From: Candidatus Roizmanbacteria bacterium CG_4_9_14_0_2_um_filter_38_17
Lineage (GTDB): Bacteria > Patescibacteriota > Microgenomatia > GCA-00278855
NCBI GenBank assembly: GCA_002788855.1
Contig: PFSB01000006.1
Location: 99,292 to 163,291 of the forward strand
Direction of reading: 5' to 3'
Length of the DNA stretch: 64,000 nt
Part shown: in pieces, positions 18,964 to 28,527 of the stretch
How the letters are laid out: the number at the start of each line of letters is the position of its first letter
Position numbering within the stretch: position 1 is the stretch's first letter
The notes under the pieces: model-generated
Told to the model about the DNA's origin: nothing
Database searches by the model: none
The model's input: only the letters and a program-made list of their open reading frames with translations
Made by a program: the position numbers and the translations under genes

Positions 18964-19835
18964 TGGACCTTTCGATAATAATCTTAAGCTACAATACAGT
19001 AAAGCTACTAGAAGAATGTCTCCAGTCTGTGTTTTTCGGTCTGCAAAACTCTAATCTAAGATTTGAGCTTATCGTGGTGGATAATGCGTCAACCGATGAC
19101 AGCGTAGCAATGGTAGATAAGCAGTTTAAAGCTGTAAAGCTCATAGAAAGCAAAAAAAATATGGGATATTCCAAAGCAAACAATTTAGCAGCTCGCAGGG
19201 CAAAGGGTAAATATTTACTTTTTCTTAATTCAGATATAGTTGTATTAGATAGTGCGATAGATAAACTTCATCGCTTTATTGATCAGAATGTTGATGCTAG
19301 TATTGCAGGAGGCAAACTGTTAAATACTGGTGGAAAATCAGCGCAACCTTCCTGTGGACCATTTTATTCATTACCTGTATCGTTTGGTGTATTATTCTTG
19401 CGTGGTGATCACTGGGGATTAACAAGATATTCACCAGACGTGGTTAAAAAAGTAGATTGGGTTTCTGGGGCTTGCTTAATGTTAGAAAAAGATATTTTTA
19501 ATAAGATCGGTGGATTTGATGAATCGATTTTCATGTATATGGATGAGATAGATATTCTTTATAGGGCTTCTAAAAAAGGATACCGGACATACTTTTATCC
19601 CGATGCAAAGTTTATTCATCATGGAGCTGCAAGCTCAAAAAGCAATCGTGCTCCGGTAATTAATATATTTAAGGGTCTGGTGTATTTTTATAGGAAGCAT
19701 CATAAGGGTGCAAACTTGTTGGTTCTTCAACTAATGTTATTGTTGAAAGGATTATTAGGTATAATAGTTGGTATGTTGGTGCGTAATAGGAATATGCGGA
19801 TAAGTTATAAGCAAGCAATGCGGGAAGCAATATGA
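18963..19835 (+). CDS. GT2 family glycosyltransferase (polyprenol-phosphate sugar synthase-like)
   Basis: LSIIILSYNTVKLLEECL...VVDNASTDDS, DxD-containing GT-A fold; C-terminal hydrophobic helix. Confidence 0.75.
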   Translation: MDLSIIILSYNTVKLLEECLQSVFFGLQNSNLRFELIVVDNASTDDSVAMVDKQFKAVKLIESKKNMGYSKANNLAARRAKGKYLLFLNSDIVVLDSAIDKLHRFIDQNVDASIAGGKLLNTGGKSAQPSCGPFYSLPVSFGVLFLRGDHWGLTRYSPDVVKKVDWVSGACLMLEKDIFNKIGGFDESIFMYMDEIDILYRASKKGYRTYFYPDAKFIHHGAASSKSNRAPVINIFKGLVYFYRKHHKGANLLVLQLMLLLKGLLGIIVGMLVRNRNMRISYKQAMREAI

Positions 19836-22800
19836 TGAAAAAATGGCTAAATTGGTTAGATGACAATATCTTAAAAGTGGTGGTGGTTTTCTTGATTGCA
19901 TTTATTCCACTGTATCCAAAATTTCCTTTATTAGATCTGAAGAATACCTGGGTATATATTCGTTGGGATGATATTGTAATTGCTCTTTCTAGTTTAATAT
20001 TTGGTATTCAGGTTTTGCGTTGGAAAGTAACGCTAAAAACTCCTCTCACAAAGCCAATCGCTCTGTACTGGATAGCTGGATTGTTAACAACCATATATGC
20101 TCTGTTTTTTATTTTGGGAAGCTTGCCTCATGTTTTCCCAAACTTGTCAGTTTTGCATTACCTGCGTCGAATTGAATATATGGTGGTATTTTTTATTGCA
20201 TTTAATAGCATAAAGTCAAAATCCGATGTTAAGTTGTATTTAATAACATTATGTTTGACGGTTTTTGCGATTATTATATATGCAGTAGGACAAAGATTCG
20301 CTGGATTTCCAGCAGTAATAACGATGAATGAAGAGTTTGCTAAAGGTAAGCTCCTTTATCTACCACCGACTGCGCGAATTACAGCAACATTTGCTGGGCA
20401 CTATGATTTGGCGGCTTATATGGTGCTTGTTATTCCTGTTATATTGGCGGCAATATTTTCTGTAAAACGAATTAGTTTAAAGATAGGACTGACGCTATTA
20501 TCTACATTTTCGTATATTGTGTTGCTGTTTACGGAGTCTAGAGTCTCAATCGCGGCATATTTTTTAGCGGTTAGTTCTACCATGATCTTTATGCGAAAGA
20601 AATTACTTCTTATACCGATATTAATTATAAGTTTTGTGCTAATGAATAATCTATCTGGCTCTTCTGAGAGATTATATAAAACATTTCGAATAAGAGATGT
20701 TGCTTTTAATATGGAAACAGGGCAACCTATAGCCGCAGTTGAGGATATAGACAAAGAAACAGGAATAGCTATTGCTGAATCACAGGAAGTTACCAAAGAA
20801 AGACTGCCGGTAGGATCAGGATTTATAGGATTACCTGGAGGAGGAGGAAGTGGAGGCGGAGGTAATAGTGCTGGTTCAGGTTTATTAAGTAGGTATGAGC
20901 CGAGCGAGAGAATTGAAGTTCGCCAATTAACATATAAAACATACGCTACTCAAGAGCTTGCGGCTACAGGTGGAGCAAAACTGGCGACGGTTTCTGGGAG
21001 GTTTTTGATACGCAAAGCTTTAGTTTATGACATTTCATTTACAACGCGATTTCAAGGTGAATGGCCACGAGCAATGGATGCTTTCCGTCGTAATCCCATC
21101 CTTGGTAGTGGTTTCTCTACCATAAGTCTAGCAACAGATAATGATTACTATCGAATGCTAGGGGAGACAGGAATCTTAGGAACCTTGACTTTTCTAGGGG
21201 TTTTCTTTGCCGCTGGAGTAGTGATTATGCGTAGCTATAAAAAAGTGGATCATAAGCTTTCTAGAAATTTTGCGTTAGGCATAGCTGGGGGGATTATTGG
21301 CTTAGCATTTAATGCACTTCTTATTGATGTATTTGAAGCTTCAAAGATTGCATACACACTCTGGATATTGATGGGGTTAGGATTGGGTGCTTTGGTGGTT
21401 AGTTATAAGGGTAAGTTTAATTATCTAAAGGAGCTAATAAGGTTAATCATCTCGAAACCTGTGTTAATTGTTGGACTTTTGACAATTGGTTTAGTTTCCT
21501 TTCTACCGTTTCTGAAAAATTATTTTACAGGTGATGATTTTACGTGGTTACGATGGGCAGCAGAAGATGGATTTGAGGATAGTTTGGCGTACTTTTTATA
21601 TGCAGATGGGTTCTTTTATCGACCATTGCAAAAATTGCTGTATCTAGTGATGTTTAATGTTTTTTGGCTGCAGCCTATGGGGTATCATTTCGTGAGTCTA
21701 GTGGTTCATCTTACTGCAACTGTAGGAGTGTATTTATTGAGCGATCAGCTTATAAAAAACAGGCGCTTAGCCCTTGTTCCAGCCTTTATTTTTCTTTTTC
21801 TAGCAAGTAATTCAGAGTCCATATTTTGGGCTTCTTCACTGGGTAATATGTTAGCTGTGATGACTATGGTGTGGTCTACCTATCTATATAGTCAGGCAAG
21901 ATTACATAATAAAATATTCCTGGGTGTTTTGGTGTTTGTCTTAAATATTATTGCAATGCTGGCCTATGAGGGAGGGATTACGGCTCCACTATTATTAGTT
22001 TTGTGGGAGTTAATATATGGAAGTCGTAAGATATGGCGTTTAATACCTAACTTGTTATTAATGCCAGCGTATGTAGTAGCGAGATATTTTGCTTCTGCGC
22101 ATGGGTTAGCTGGTGACTATAACTATAACTGGTTAAAATTACCAGTTAATGTTGTTGGTAATGCCTTGGCGTATCTAGTTATGTTTGTGACGGGACCACG
22201 CTGGGCAGGTGATTGGTTTAATAGCCTAAGATATCTTTTAAATAGCGAGGTTAAAACAATGATAGCTGTTACAGTCCTAGTTGCAATGTCTGGACTGATA
22301 TTTATTACTGTGATGATTAGACGCAGACAGTATGTTCCTAAGCTACTTTTGTTTGGAATTGGATATTCCATTATTGCTCTAATGCCATTTTTAGGATTGG
22401 GTAATGTTAGCATAAGGTATAGTTATTTGGCCGCACCTGGCTTTGCAATAGTATATATCTATGTTCTTAAGATGGCTTATGATCAGCTTAGAAAAGTTAA
22501 TTTTTTGCTTGCAATAATTGTCACAAGTTTTATATTTATTGCGACACTTAGCTTTAATTATCGACAGCTTGGAGAGTCTAATAGGGACTGGGTTCAGGCT
22601 GGTGAGATAGTCCAGAACACTCTGTTGAGTTTGAAGAATAAATATTTCCCTTTTGCTAGTAAAGGACGTTTTTACTTTGTAGATAGACCAATTCGATATG
22701 GTACAGCTTGGGTGTTTCCAGTTGGGTTAGCTGATGCTTTTTGGCATAGTTGGCAAGATCCACGTTTAGAAATCCACGAAGTTTCTTCAATTGGCGAGGG

Positions 22801-22918
22801 ATTTAGACTTGCTGATACTGCGGGTAATTCATATGTATTTATCTTTCGCGATGGAAAAATAGAATTGGTTAAGCATGAAATAGTGAAATTTGAAAAAGAG
22901 TTTGTTATTGTTGAATGA
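19832..22918 (+). CDS. Fusion membrane protein: Wzy_C (O-antigen ligase/polymerase)-like domain, Gly-rich linker, and C-terminal ArnT/PMT-like GT-C domain with soluble tail (1028 aa)
   Basis: GSGFSTISLATDNDYYRMLGETGILGT matches Wzy_C H-N-x-Y-L-x4-E-x-G-x-x-G motif; GLPGGGGSGGGGNSAGSG linker; second domain with TGDDFTWL and YRPLQKLLY (DE...KPPL-like) motifs and about 12 TM helices. Confidence 0.5.
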   Translation: MMKKWLNWLDDNILKVVVVFLIAFIPLYPKFPLLDLKNTWVYIRWDDIVIALSSLIFGIQVLRWKVTLKTPLTKPIALYWIAGLLTTIYALFFILGSLPHVFPNLSVLHYLRRIEYMVVFFIAFNSIKSKSDVKLYLITLCLTVFAIIIYAVGQRFAGFPAVITMNEEFAKGKLLYLPPTARITATFAGHYDLAAYMVLVIPVILAAIFSVKRISLKIGLTLLSTFSYIVLLFTESRVSIAAYFLAVSSTMIFMRKKLLLIPILIISFVLMNNLSGSSERLYKTFRIRDVAFNMETGQPIAAVEDIDKETGIAIAESQEVTKERLPVGSGFIGLPGGGGSGGGGNSAGSGLLSRYEPSERIEVRQLTYKTYATQELAATGGAKLATVSGRFLIRKALVYDISFTTRFQGEWPRAMDAFRRNPILGSGFSTISLATDNDYYRMLGETGILGTLTFLGVFFAAGVVIMRSYKKVDHKLSRNFALGIAGGIIGLAFNALLIDVFEASKIAYTLWILMGLGLGALVVSYKGKFNYLKELIRLIISKPVLIVGLLTIGLVSFLPFLKNYFTGDDFTWLRWAAEDGFEDSLAYFLYADGFFYRPLQKLLYLVMFNVFWLQPMGYHFVSLVVHLTATVGVYLLSDQLIKNRRLALVPAFIFLFLASNSESIFWASSLGNMLAVMTMVWSTYLYSQARLHNKIFLGVLVFVLNIIAMLAYEGGITAPLLLVLWELIYGSRKIWRLIPNLLLMPAYVVARYFASAHGLAGDYNYNWLKLPVNVVGNALAYLVMFVTGPRWAGDWFNSLRYLLNSEVKTMIAVTVLVAMSGLIFITVMIRRRQYVPKLLLFGIGYSIIALMPFLGLGNVSIRYSYLAAPGFAIVYIYVLKMAYDQLRKVNFLLAIIVTSFIFIATLSFNYRQLGESNRDWVQAGEIVQNTLLSLKNKYFPFASKGRFYFVDRPIRYGTAWVFPVGLADAFWHSWQDPRLEIHEVSSIGEGFRLADTAGNSYVFIFRDGKIELVKHEIVKFEKEFVIVE

Positions 22919-24327
22919 AATACAGGATAGCGCTGCTAATAATTCTAATTTTGGCGGTGGTATTGAGATTACGCGGAATAAATAGTCCGGTTGCAGACTG
23001 GCACTCTTGGCGTCAGGCAGATACCGCAGCTGTAGCGCGAAACTTTGAGAAGTTTGGAGTCGATGTTCTTCATCCTCGTTATGATGATTTGTCTAATATA
23101 TCCTCTGGTCTGGACAATCCGATGGGTTGGAGAATGGTGGAGTTTCCTATCTACCAGTTTGTAGCAGTTGGCTTAAAACAAGCGTTTGGTGTATGGTCAA
23201 TTGAGGTATGGCTCAGATTAATAAGTATATCTTTCTCAACTGGATCTGTACTGCTGATTTATCTTCTTGGGGTCCATGTGGTAAATAAACGAGTAGGACT
23301 GATGTCTGCATTAGGCTACGGAGTTTTTCCGTACTCTGTATATTATGGTAGAGTAATTTTACCTGAAGCAACAGCGGTCTTCTTAGCATTGCTATCTATT
23401 TACCTTTTAATTCGTGTGAAGAGTAACTTAGTAGCAGTGATTTCATCTGGGGTTGTTGGAGCACTTGTGCTACTGGTTAAGCCAACAGCTGCTTTTATCA
23501 TGTTGCCGATGATATATTTTGCTTGGGTTAGATTTAAAGGTATTAGGGGTATCTTTTCAATTTGGCCATATCTTTTGGCTATCTTAATGTTTGTTCCATT
23601 TATCTGGTGGAGAAACTGGATAGCTTCATATCCCGAAGGTATTCCCGCGAACATGTGGTTATTAAATGGTGATGGAATCCGATTAAAAGGTGCGTGGTTT
23701 TACTGGTTATTCGGAGAGCGAATAGCTAAATTAATACTTGGATACTGGGGAGTTGTTCCTCTAGCAATGGGAGTTTTGTGGATGCTAACTAATTCAAAAC
23801 TAAAGCCATTGCTCTGGTTTGTAGTGGGGGCTGGAATATATCTGGTTGTATTCGCAACAGGTAATGTTAAGCACGACTATTATCAAGTGATGATATTGCC
23901 TGCTCTTTTCTTTGCTGTGGCTGTAGGTATTGAGTATCTTATAAAAGATAAAAAAACCTATGTCGAGCGATTTGTTTCTTACGCTTTTGTAATAGTTATT
24001 ATGGGATTGTCAGTAGTTCTTTCTTGGCACGAAATTCGGACATATTACTGGATTAATAATATGAAAATGGTTGAGGTGGGTAAAGTGGTTGATAATTTAT
24101 TGCCCAGCGATGCAAAAGTCATAGCACCGTACGGTGGAGATACGGCTTTTTTGTATCAGACTAATCGCGCGGGTTGGCCAATAGGGTTTGAAATAGAAGA
24201 TAAAATAGAAAAAGGGGCAACTGCCTATGTTTCAATTGATCCATTAGATATAGAGCCTAGAACGCTTGCTGAAAAATATACAGTTGTTGAAGAAGGGGAA
24301 GGGTATATTATTATTTCGCTAAAATGA
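22915..24327 (+). CDS. ArnT/PMT-like GT-C glycosyltransferase
   Basis: N-terminal TM followed by loop ADWHSWRQADTAAVARNF (acidic/Arg loop as in PMT_2), about 11 TM helices, C-terminal soluble tail. Confidence 0.5.
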   Translation: MKYRIALLIILILAVVLRLRGINSPVADWHSWRQADTAAVARNFEKFGVDVLHPRYDDLSNISSGLDNPMGWRMVEFPIYQFVAVGLKQAFGVWSIEVWLRLISISFSTGSVLLIYLLGVHVVNKRVGLMSALGYGVFPYSVYYGRVILPEATAVFLALLSIYLLIRVKSNLVAVISSGVVGALVLLVKPTAAFIMLPMIYFAWVRFKGIRGIFSIWPYLLAILMFVPFIWWRNWIASYPEGIPANMWLLNGDGIRLKGAWFYWLFGERIAKLILGYWGVVPLAMGVLWMLTNSKLKPLLWFVVGAGIYLVVFATGNVKHDYYQVMILPALFFAVAVGIEYLIKDKKTYVERFVSYAFVIVIMGLSVVLSWHEIRTYYWINNMKMVEVGKVVDNLLPSDAKVIAPYGGDTAFLYQTNRAGWPIGFEIEDKIEKGATAYVSIDPLDIEPRTLAEKYTVVEEGEGYIIISLK

Positions 24328-25499
24328 AAATTCTATTTGTCACTTATGATCTACCGTATCCACTTGATGCGGGAGGAAAAGTTCGTGCATATAACTTAAT
24401 AAAGGAACTAGCTAAAGAGAATGAGGTGACATTGTTTTCTTACTACCGTGATAACTCTCAGCTAAGTTATGTGGATGAACTGCGTAAATACTGTGCTAAC
24501 GTTCATCTCTTCAAGCGAGTAGCTGTATTTTCACTAAAGCATATAGTTAATACGATTTTGCATCCAAATCTCACTGCGCATATCTCACATTACTACCACT
24601 CCGGTCTTAGCCAAGAGCTGGATAAAGAATTACAAACTGGCATCTACGACCTACTACATCTGGAATCATTCTATACAAGTCATCTCTTGGGAGATTACAA
24701 CGTTACCCAGGTTTTGGGCACAGAAAATATTGAATGGAAGATATATCAAGGGCATTTCGAGATGAAATCTTTTACTAGTAGATTTCCACTGCAACTGGAA
24801 GCTTTTCGAACAAGGATGTTTGAGCAGTCTAGTTGGAAAAAAGCCGACGCGTTACTTGCGGTTTGCCTGTCTGATAAGGCTACAATTAGCGAACATACTA
24901 CGAAATCAGTGTACGAGATTCCAAATGGAGTGGATATTGATTATTTTTGCTACGAAAGTCCAACCATAGATATAAATAAGTTAAAGTTATTGTATGTAGG
25001 AGATTATGCCTATCTTCAGAATAGTGATGCAATTAGCTGGTTGTTAAAAGATATATACCCAGCAATAAGAGCCAAGTATCCTAATTCAACATTGACTATA
25101 GTTGGCAAGAATATTCCAGAGAATCTTGAAAAAAGCTATGGTGTAACTATCCAAAGAGATGTTGAAGATATTCGTGAAGTATATTCCGATGCAGATATGC
25201 TGCTTGCACCGCTTCGTATAAGCTCGGGAACTCAGTTTAAGATACTTGAGGCAATGGCTACTGGTGTAATTGTGCTTACAACGCCTACGGGGATACAGGG
25301 ATTAAATGCTAAACCCGGAAAGGAACTTGTTGTATTTAAAGATAAGAGAGATGTAGCATTGGCAATAGAAAATATTCTAAAGTCTCAAAATACAGCTGAA
25401 GAGATGTCCAAAAGAGCAAGAGAACTTGTTGAGAAAGAGTATAGCTGGAATATGATAGGCTCAAAATTAAGATCAATTTATAAAAATTTAGTGAAATGA
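24324..25499 (+). CDS. GT4 family glycosyltransferase
   Basis: C-terminal FKILEAMATGVIVLTT (glycos_transf_1). Confidence 0.7.
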   Translation: MKILFVTYDLPYPLDAGGKVRAYNLIKELAKENEVTLFSYYRDNSQLSYVDELRKYCANVHLFKRVAVFSLKHIVNTILHPNLTAHISHYYHSGLSQELDKELQTGIYDLLHLESFYTSHLLGDYNVTQVLGTENIEWKIYQGHFEMKSFTSRFPLQLEAFRTRMFEQSSWKKADALLAVCLSDKATISEHTTKSVYEIPNGVDIDYFCYESPTIDINKLKLLYVGDYAYLQNSDAISWLLKDIYPAIRAKYPNSTLTIVGKNIPENLEKSYGVTIQRDVEDIREVYSDADMLLAPLRISSGTQFKILEAMATGVIVLTTPTGIQGLNAKPGKELVVFKDKRDVALAIENILKSQNTAEEMSKRARELVEKEYSWNMIGSKLRSIYKNLVK

Positions 25500-26386
25500 A
25501 ATTGGCAGTAATTATTGTTAGTTATAATACAAAACCGTATCTTCAGAAGTGTTTAAAGACGTTAAGCAAGAGTAATTATCCTACTAAAGACTTATCTATT
25601 GTTGTGGTAGATAATGCGTCAACAGATGGAACAGTAGCGGAGCTTAAAGTGTTATTTCAAGATGTTACATGGGTTAAGCTGGATGAAAATACCGGATTTT
25701 CCCGTGCCAATAATATAGGAATTAAGCGAGCCGGTGAGGCTGATTATTATCTGTTTCTAAATCCCGACACAGAAGTTTTACCCAGTGGGTTGTCTAAGAT
25801 GGTCAGTTATCTAGAAAGCAATCCAGATGTGGGTATTTTAACTCCGTATGTTAAATTAACAGATGGTTTAATTGACGATGCATGTCATCGGGGATTTCCA
25901 ACTCCCTGGAATGCTTTTTGTCATTTTTCTGGATTAGCTTCGATGTTCCCACGCTCGTTGCTGTTTAATGGTTATCACTTAGGCTATAGGAGTCTAGATA
26001 AGATACACGAAATTGATGCGTGCGTAGGCGCGGCGATGTTAGTAAGAAAAAAAGTAGGCGAAGATATAGGCTGGTGGGATGAAGATTTTTTTTGGTATGG
26101 TGAAGATCTGGATTTTTGTTATAAGGCCAAAGAGAGAGGAAATAAGATAGTATTTAATCCCGATGTTGTAGTACTGCATCATAAGGGAGTATCTGGAGGA
26201 ATTAAAAAGAAGTCTAGTAATTATTCAAACGTAGATAGATTGACTAAAAAAAGGGCACAGGAAGCAAGATTCGATGCAATGATTATTTTTTATAAGAAAC
26301 ACTATACTAACAAGTATCCCAAAATATTAACATTAATTGTTACTTCGTTTATTCGAATAATCAAAGTAATTAAAGTGGGTATATGA
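25496..26386 (+). CDS. GT2 family glycosyltransferase
   Basis: LAVIIVSYNTKPYLQKCL...VVVDNASTDGT. Confidence 0.75.
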   Translation: MKLAVIIVSYNTKPYLQKCLKTLSKSNYPTKDLSIVVVDNASTDGTVAELKVLFQDVTWVKLDENTGFSRANNIGIKRAGEADYYLFLNPDTEVLPSGLSKMVSYLESNPDVGILTPYVKLTDGLIDDACHRGFPTPWNAFCHFSGLASMFPRSLLFNGYHLGYRSLDKIHEIDACVGAAMLVRKKVGEDIGWWDEDFFWYGEDLDFCYKAKERGNKIVFNPDVVVLHHKGVSGGIKKKSSNYSNVDRLTKKRAQEARFDAMIIFYKKHYTNKYPKILTLIVTSFIRIIKVIKVGI

Positions 26387-27429
26387 GAATTGGAATTGAT
26401 ACTCGCTTACAAAATGAGAGCGGTGTAGGTAGATACATACGGAATTTATTGCTTAATCTTAGGAAGCTTAATAGCGGCCATGAATATGTTTCAATTAGCC
26501 CAGATATTAAATGGCACTCAATTAAAGAGCAGCTTATAATGCCATTTTTATTAGGAAATAAATATAACTTGGTTCATTTTCCTTACTTCAATGTCCCTAT
26601 TTTTTACTCTGGAAAATATGTGATGACTGTACACGATCTTATTATTAATACTTATGCTACAGGTAGAGCAAGTACGCTGAATCCAGTATTGTATTGGTTG
26701 AAGAGAATGGCATATTTATTGGTATTAAGTCTCGCGGTGAGACGCGCATGCAGAGTAATTGTGCCAAGTTTTGCTGTTAAAGAACAGTTGCTTCAAGCAT
26801 ATAATATAGGACCAGAGAAAATATCTGTAATATATGAAGGTGTTGATAAGAAACTAAGCGAAGCTACTGGAGGAGGAGATGTTTTAAATAGATATCAACT
26901 TAAAGGTCAGCAATATTTGTTATATGTGGGCAATGCATACCCACATAAAAATCTTGAAACTCTGCTTGTGACTTTTGATAAGATTAGAGAGGGTAATCTT
27001 AAGTTGATACTAGTTGGTAAGTATGACTATTTTTACAACCAGTTCATTGCTGCTAACATGAATAGAAATATTATTTTTACAGGATATGTTGAAGATAATG
27101 AGCTGGCAATTTTGTATAGAGAAGCTTTGTTACTTATCCAGCCTTCGCTAATGGAGGGGTTTAGTTTACCCACAGTCGAAGCAATGGCCAGAGGTTGCCC
27201 TGTTCTTTGCAGTGATATTCCTGTTCATCGTGAAATTTGTCTTGATGCTGCTTTATATTTTAAATCCCAAGATTCTCAAGATCTATATAGTAAGCTTATG
27301 GAGCTGATTGCAGATAGAGACAAACGTAATAATCTCATAGAAAAAGGTAAAGCTAGAGTAACAATATTCTCATGGGAGGATACGGCTGCTTTGACCCTTC
27401 AAACATATGAAAGTTGCTTTAGTTTATGA
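26383..27429 (+). CDS. GT4 family glycosyltransferase
   Basis: EGFSLPTVEAMARGCPVLCSDIPVHREI (EX7E). Confidence 0.75.
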   Translation: MRIGIDTRLQNESGVGRYIRNLLLNLRKLNSGHEYVSISPDIKWHSIKEQLIMPFLLGNKYNLVHFPYFNVPIFYSGKYVMTVHDLIINTYATGRASTLNPVLYWLKRMAYLLVLSLAVRRACRVIVPSFAVKEQLLQAYNIGPEKISVIYEGVDKKLSEATGGGDVLNRYQLKGQQYLLYVGNAYPHKNLETLLVTFDKIREGNLKLILVGKYDYFYNQFIAANMNRNIIFTGYVEDNELAILYREALLLIQPSLMEGFSLPTVEAMARGCPVLCSDIPVHREICLDAALYFKSQDSQDLYSKLMELIADRDKRNNLIEKGKARVTIFSWEDTAALTLQTYESCFSL

Positions 27430-28516
27430 TCGGGTAAACAAATGGGGAGGCGCTGAAAGAGTGTTGCTAGCTCTTCATGAGATTTGGCCAGATGCACCTT
27501 TGTTTACAGGTGTATACAATCCGCAGTCTGCGAAATGGGCTGATGTTTTTGAAGTTAAGCCCTCGCTGATAGATAAGTTAATATTTACTCGTACACGCCA
27601 TGAGCTGTTTGCTTGGCTGATGCCATTTGGTTTTGAAAACTTTTTATTTGATGATTATGATCTAGTTATATCAGTAACTTCAGCTGAGGCAAAAGGTATT
27701 ATAACTAAGCCCAAAACTCTCCATATTTGTTACTGTCTAACCCCAACTAGGTATTTATGGAGCAATGATAAGCAGTATCGAAATAGCATTCATCCAGCTA
27801 TTAGGTGGGTAGCCGATCCTGTGTTAACGTACCTTAGAAAATGGGATAAAGTGGCTGCCTCACGACCAGATGCTTATGTTGCTATTTCAGAGTATGTCAG
27901 TAACCGAATAAAGCGCTACTATAATCGAGACTCAGTAGTTATTTATCCCCCCGTATCACAGCTTGCAGACACCCATTCCAGGAGCGTGATACACACTCCT
28001 GAAATGGGTAAGGGTTATTATTTAGTTGTTAGTCGACTTGTTAAGTATAAAAAAGTGGATTTAGCGATAAAAGCGTGTGAGCAACTAAAACACTCGCTTG
28101 TGATTATTGGAACAGGATCAGAAAAGGACTACTTGCAGAAGTTAGCTGGTAATAATACAACTTTTATATCTGACGTGAATGATGGTGAGCTGGCTGGTTA
28201 TTATCAGAGTTGCAAAGCTCTCATAGCGCCGCAAGAGGAAGATTTTGGTTTGGTTGCCGCGGAAGCTCAGTCAATGGGTAAGCCGGTAATAACTTTTTAT
28301 AAAGGTGGAGTTAGTGAAATTGTGAAAGACGGAGTTACAGGTAAGTATTTTAATAAGCAGACGGTTGCCTCGCTTATAGAAGCCTTGGCAGACTTCGATG
28401 CATCTGTGTATAATAGCAAAGAAATAAGAAGCAAAAGTAAAAAATTTAGTAAACTTAACTTTATGCGTAAATTTGAAAAACATTCGTTGAGTATGTTAAA
28501 TACATACAATAGATAA
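27407..28516 (+). CDS. GT4 family glycosyltransferase
   Basis: FGLVAAEAQSMGKPVITFYKGGVSEIV (EX7E region). Confidence 0.7.
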   Translation: MKVALVYDRVNKWGGAERVLLALHEIWPDAPLFTGVYNPQSAKWADVFEVKPSLIDKLIFTRTRHELFAWLMPFGFENFLFDDYDLVISVTSAEAKGIITKPKTLHICYCLTPTRYLWSNDKQYRNSIHPAIRWVADPVLTYLRKWDKVAASRPDAYVAISEYVSNRIKRYYNRDSVVIYPPVSQLADTHSRSVIHTPEMGKGYYLVVSRLVKYKKVDLAIKACEQLKHSLVIIGTGSEKDYLQKLAGNNTTFISDVNDGELAGYYQSCKALIAPQEEDFGLVAAEAQSMGKPVITFYKGGVSEIVKDGVTGKYFNKQTVASLIEALADFDASVYNSKEIRSKSKKFSKLNFMRKFEKHSLSMLNTYNR

Positions 28517-28527
28517 ATACTAAACAT

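Noticed and set aside
20821-20880. GGA/GGT/GGC-rich repetitive stretch flagged as possible CRISPR or tandem DNA repeat
   Set aside because: It is in-frame coding sequence for a Gly/Ser linker (GLPGGGGSGGGGNSAGSG) within the 1028-aa membrane protein. There are no spacer-repeat periodicity and no cas genes.
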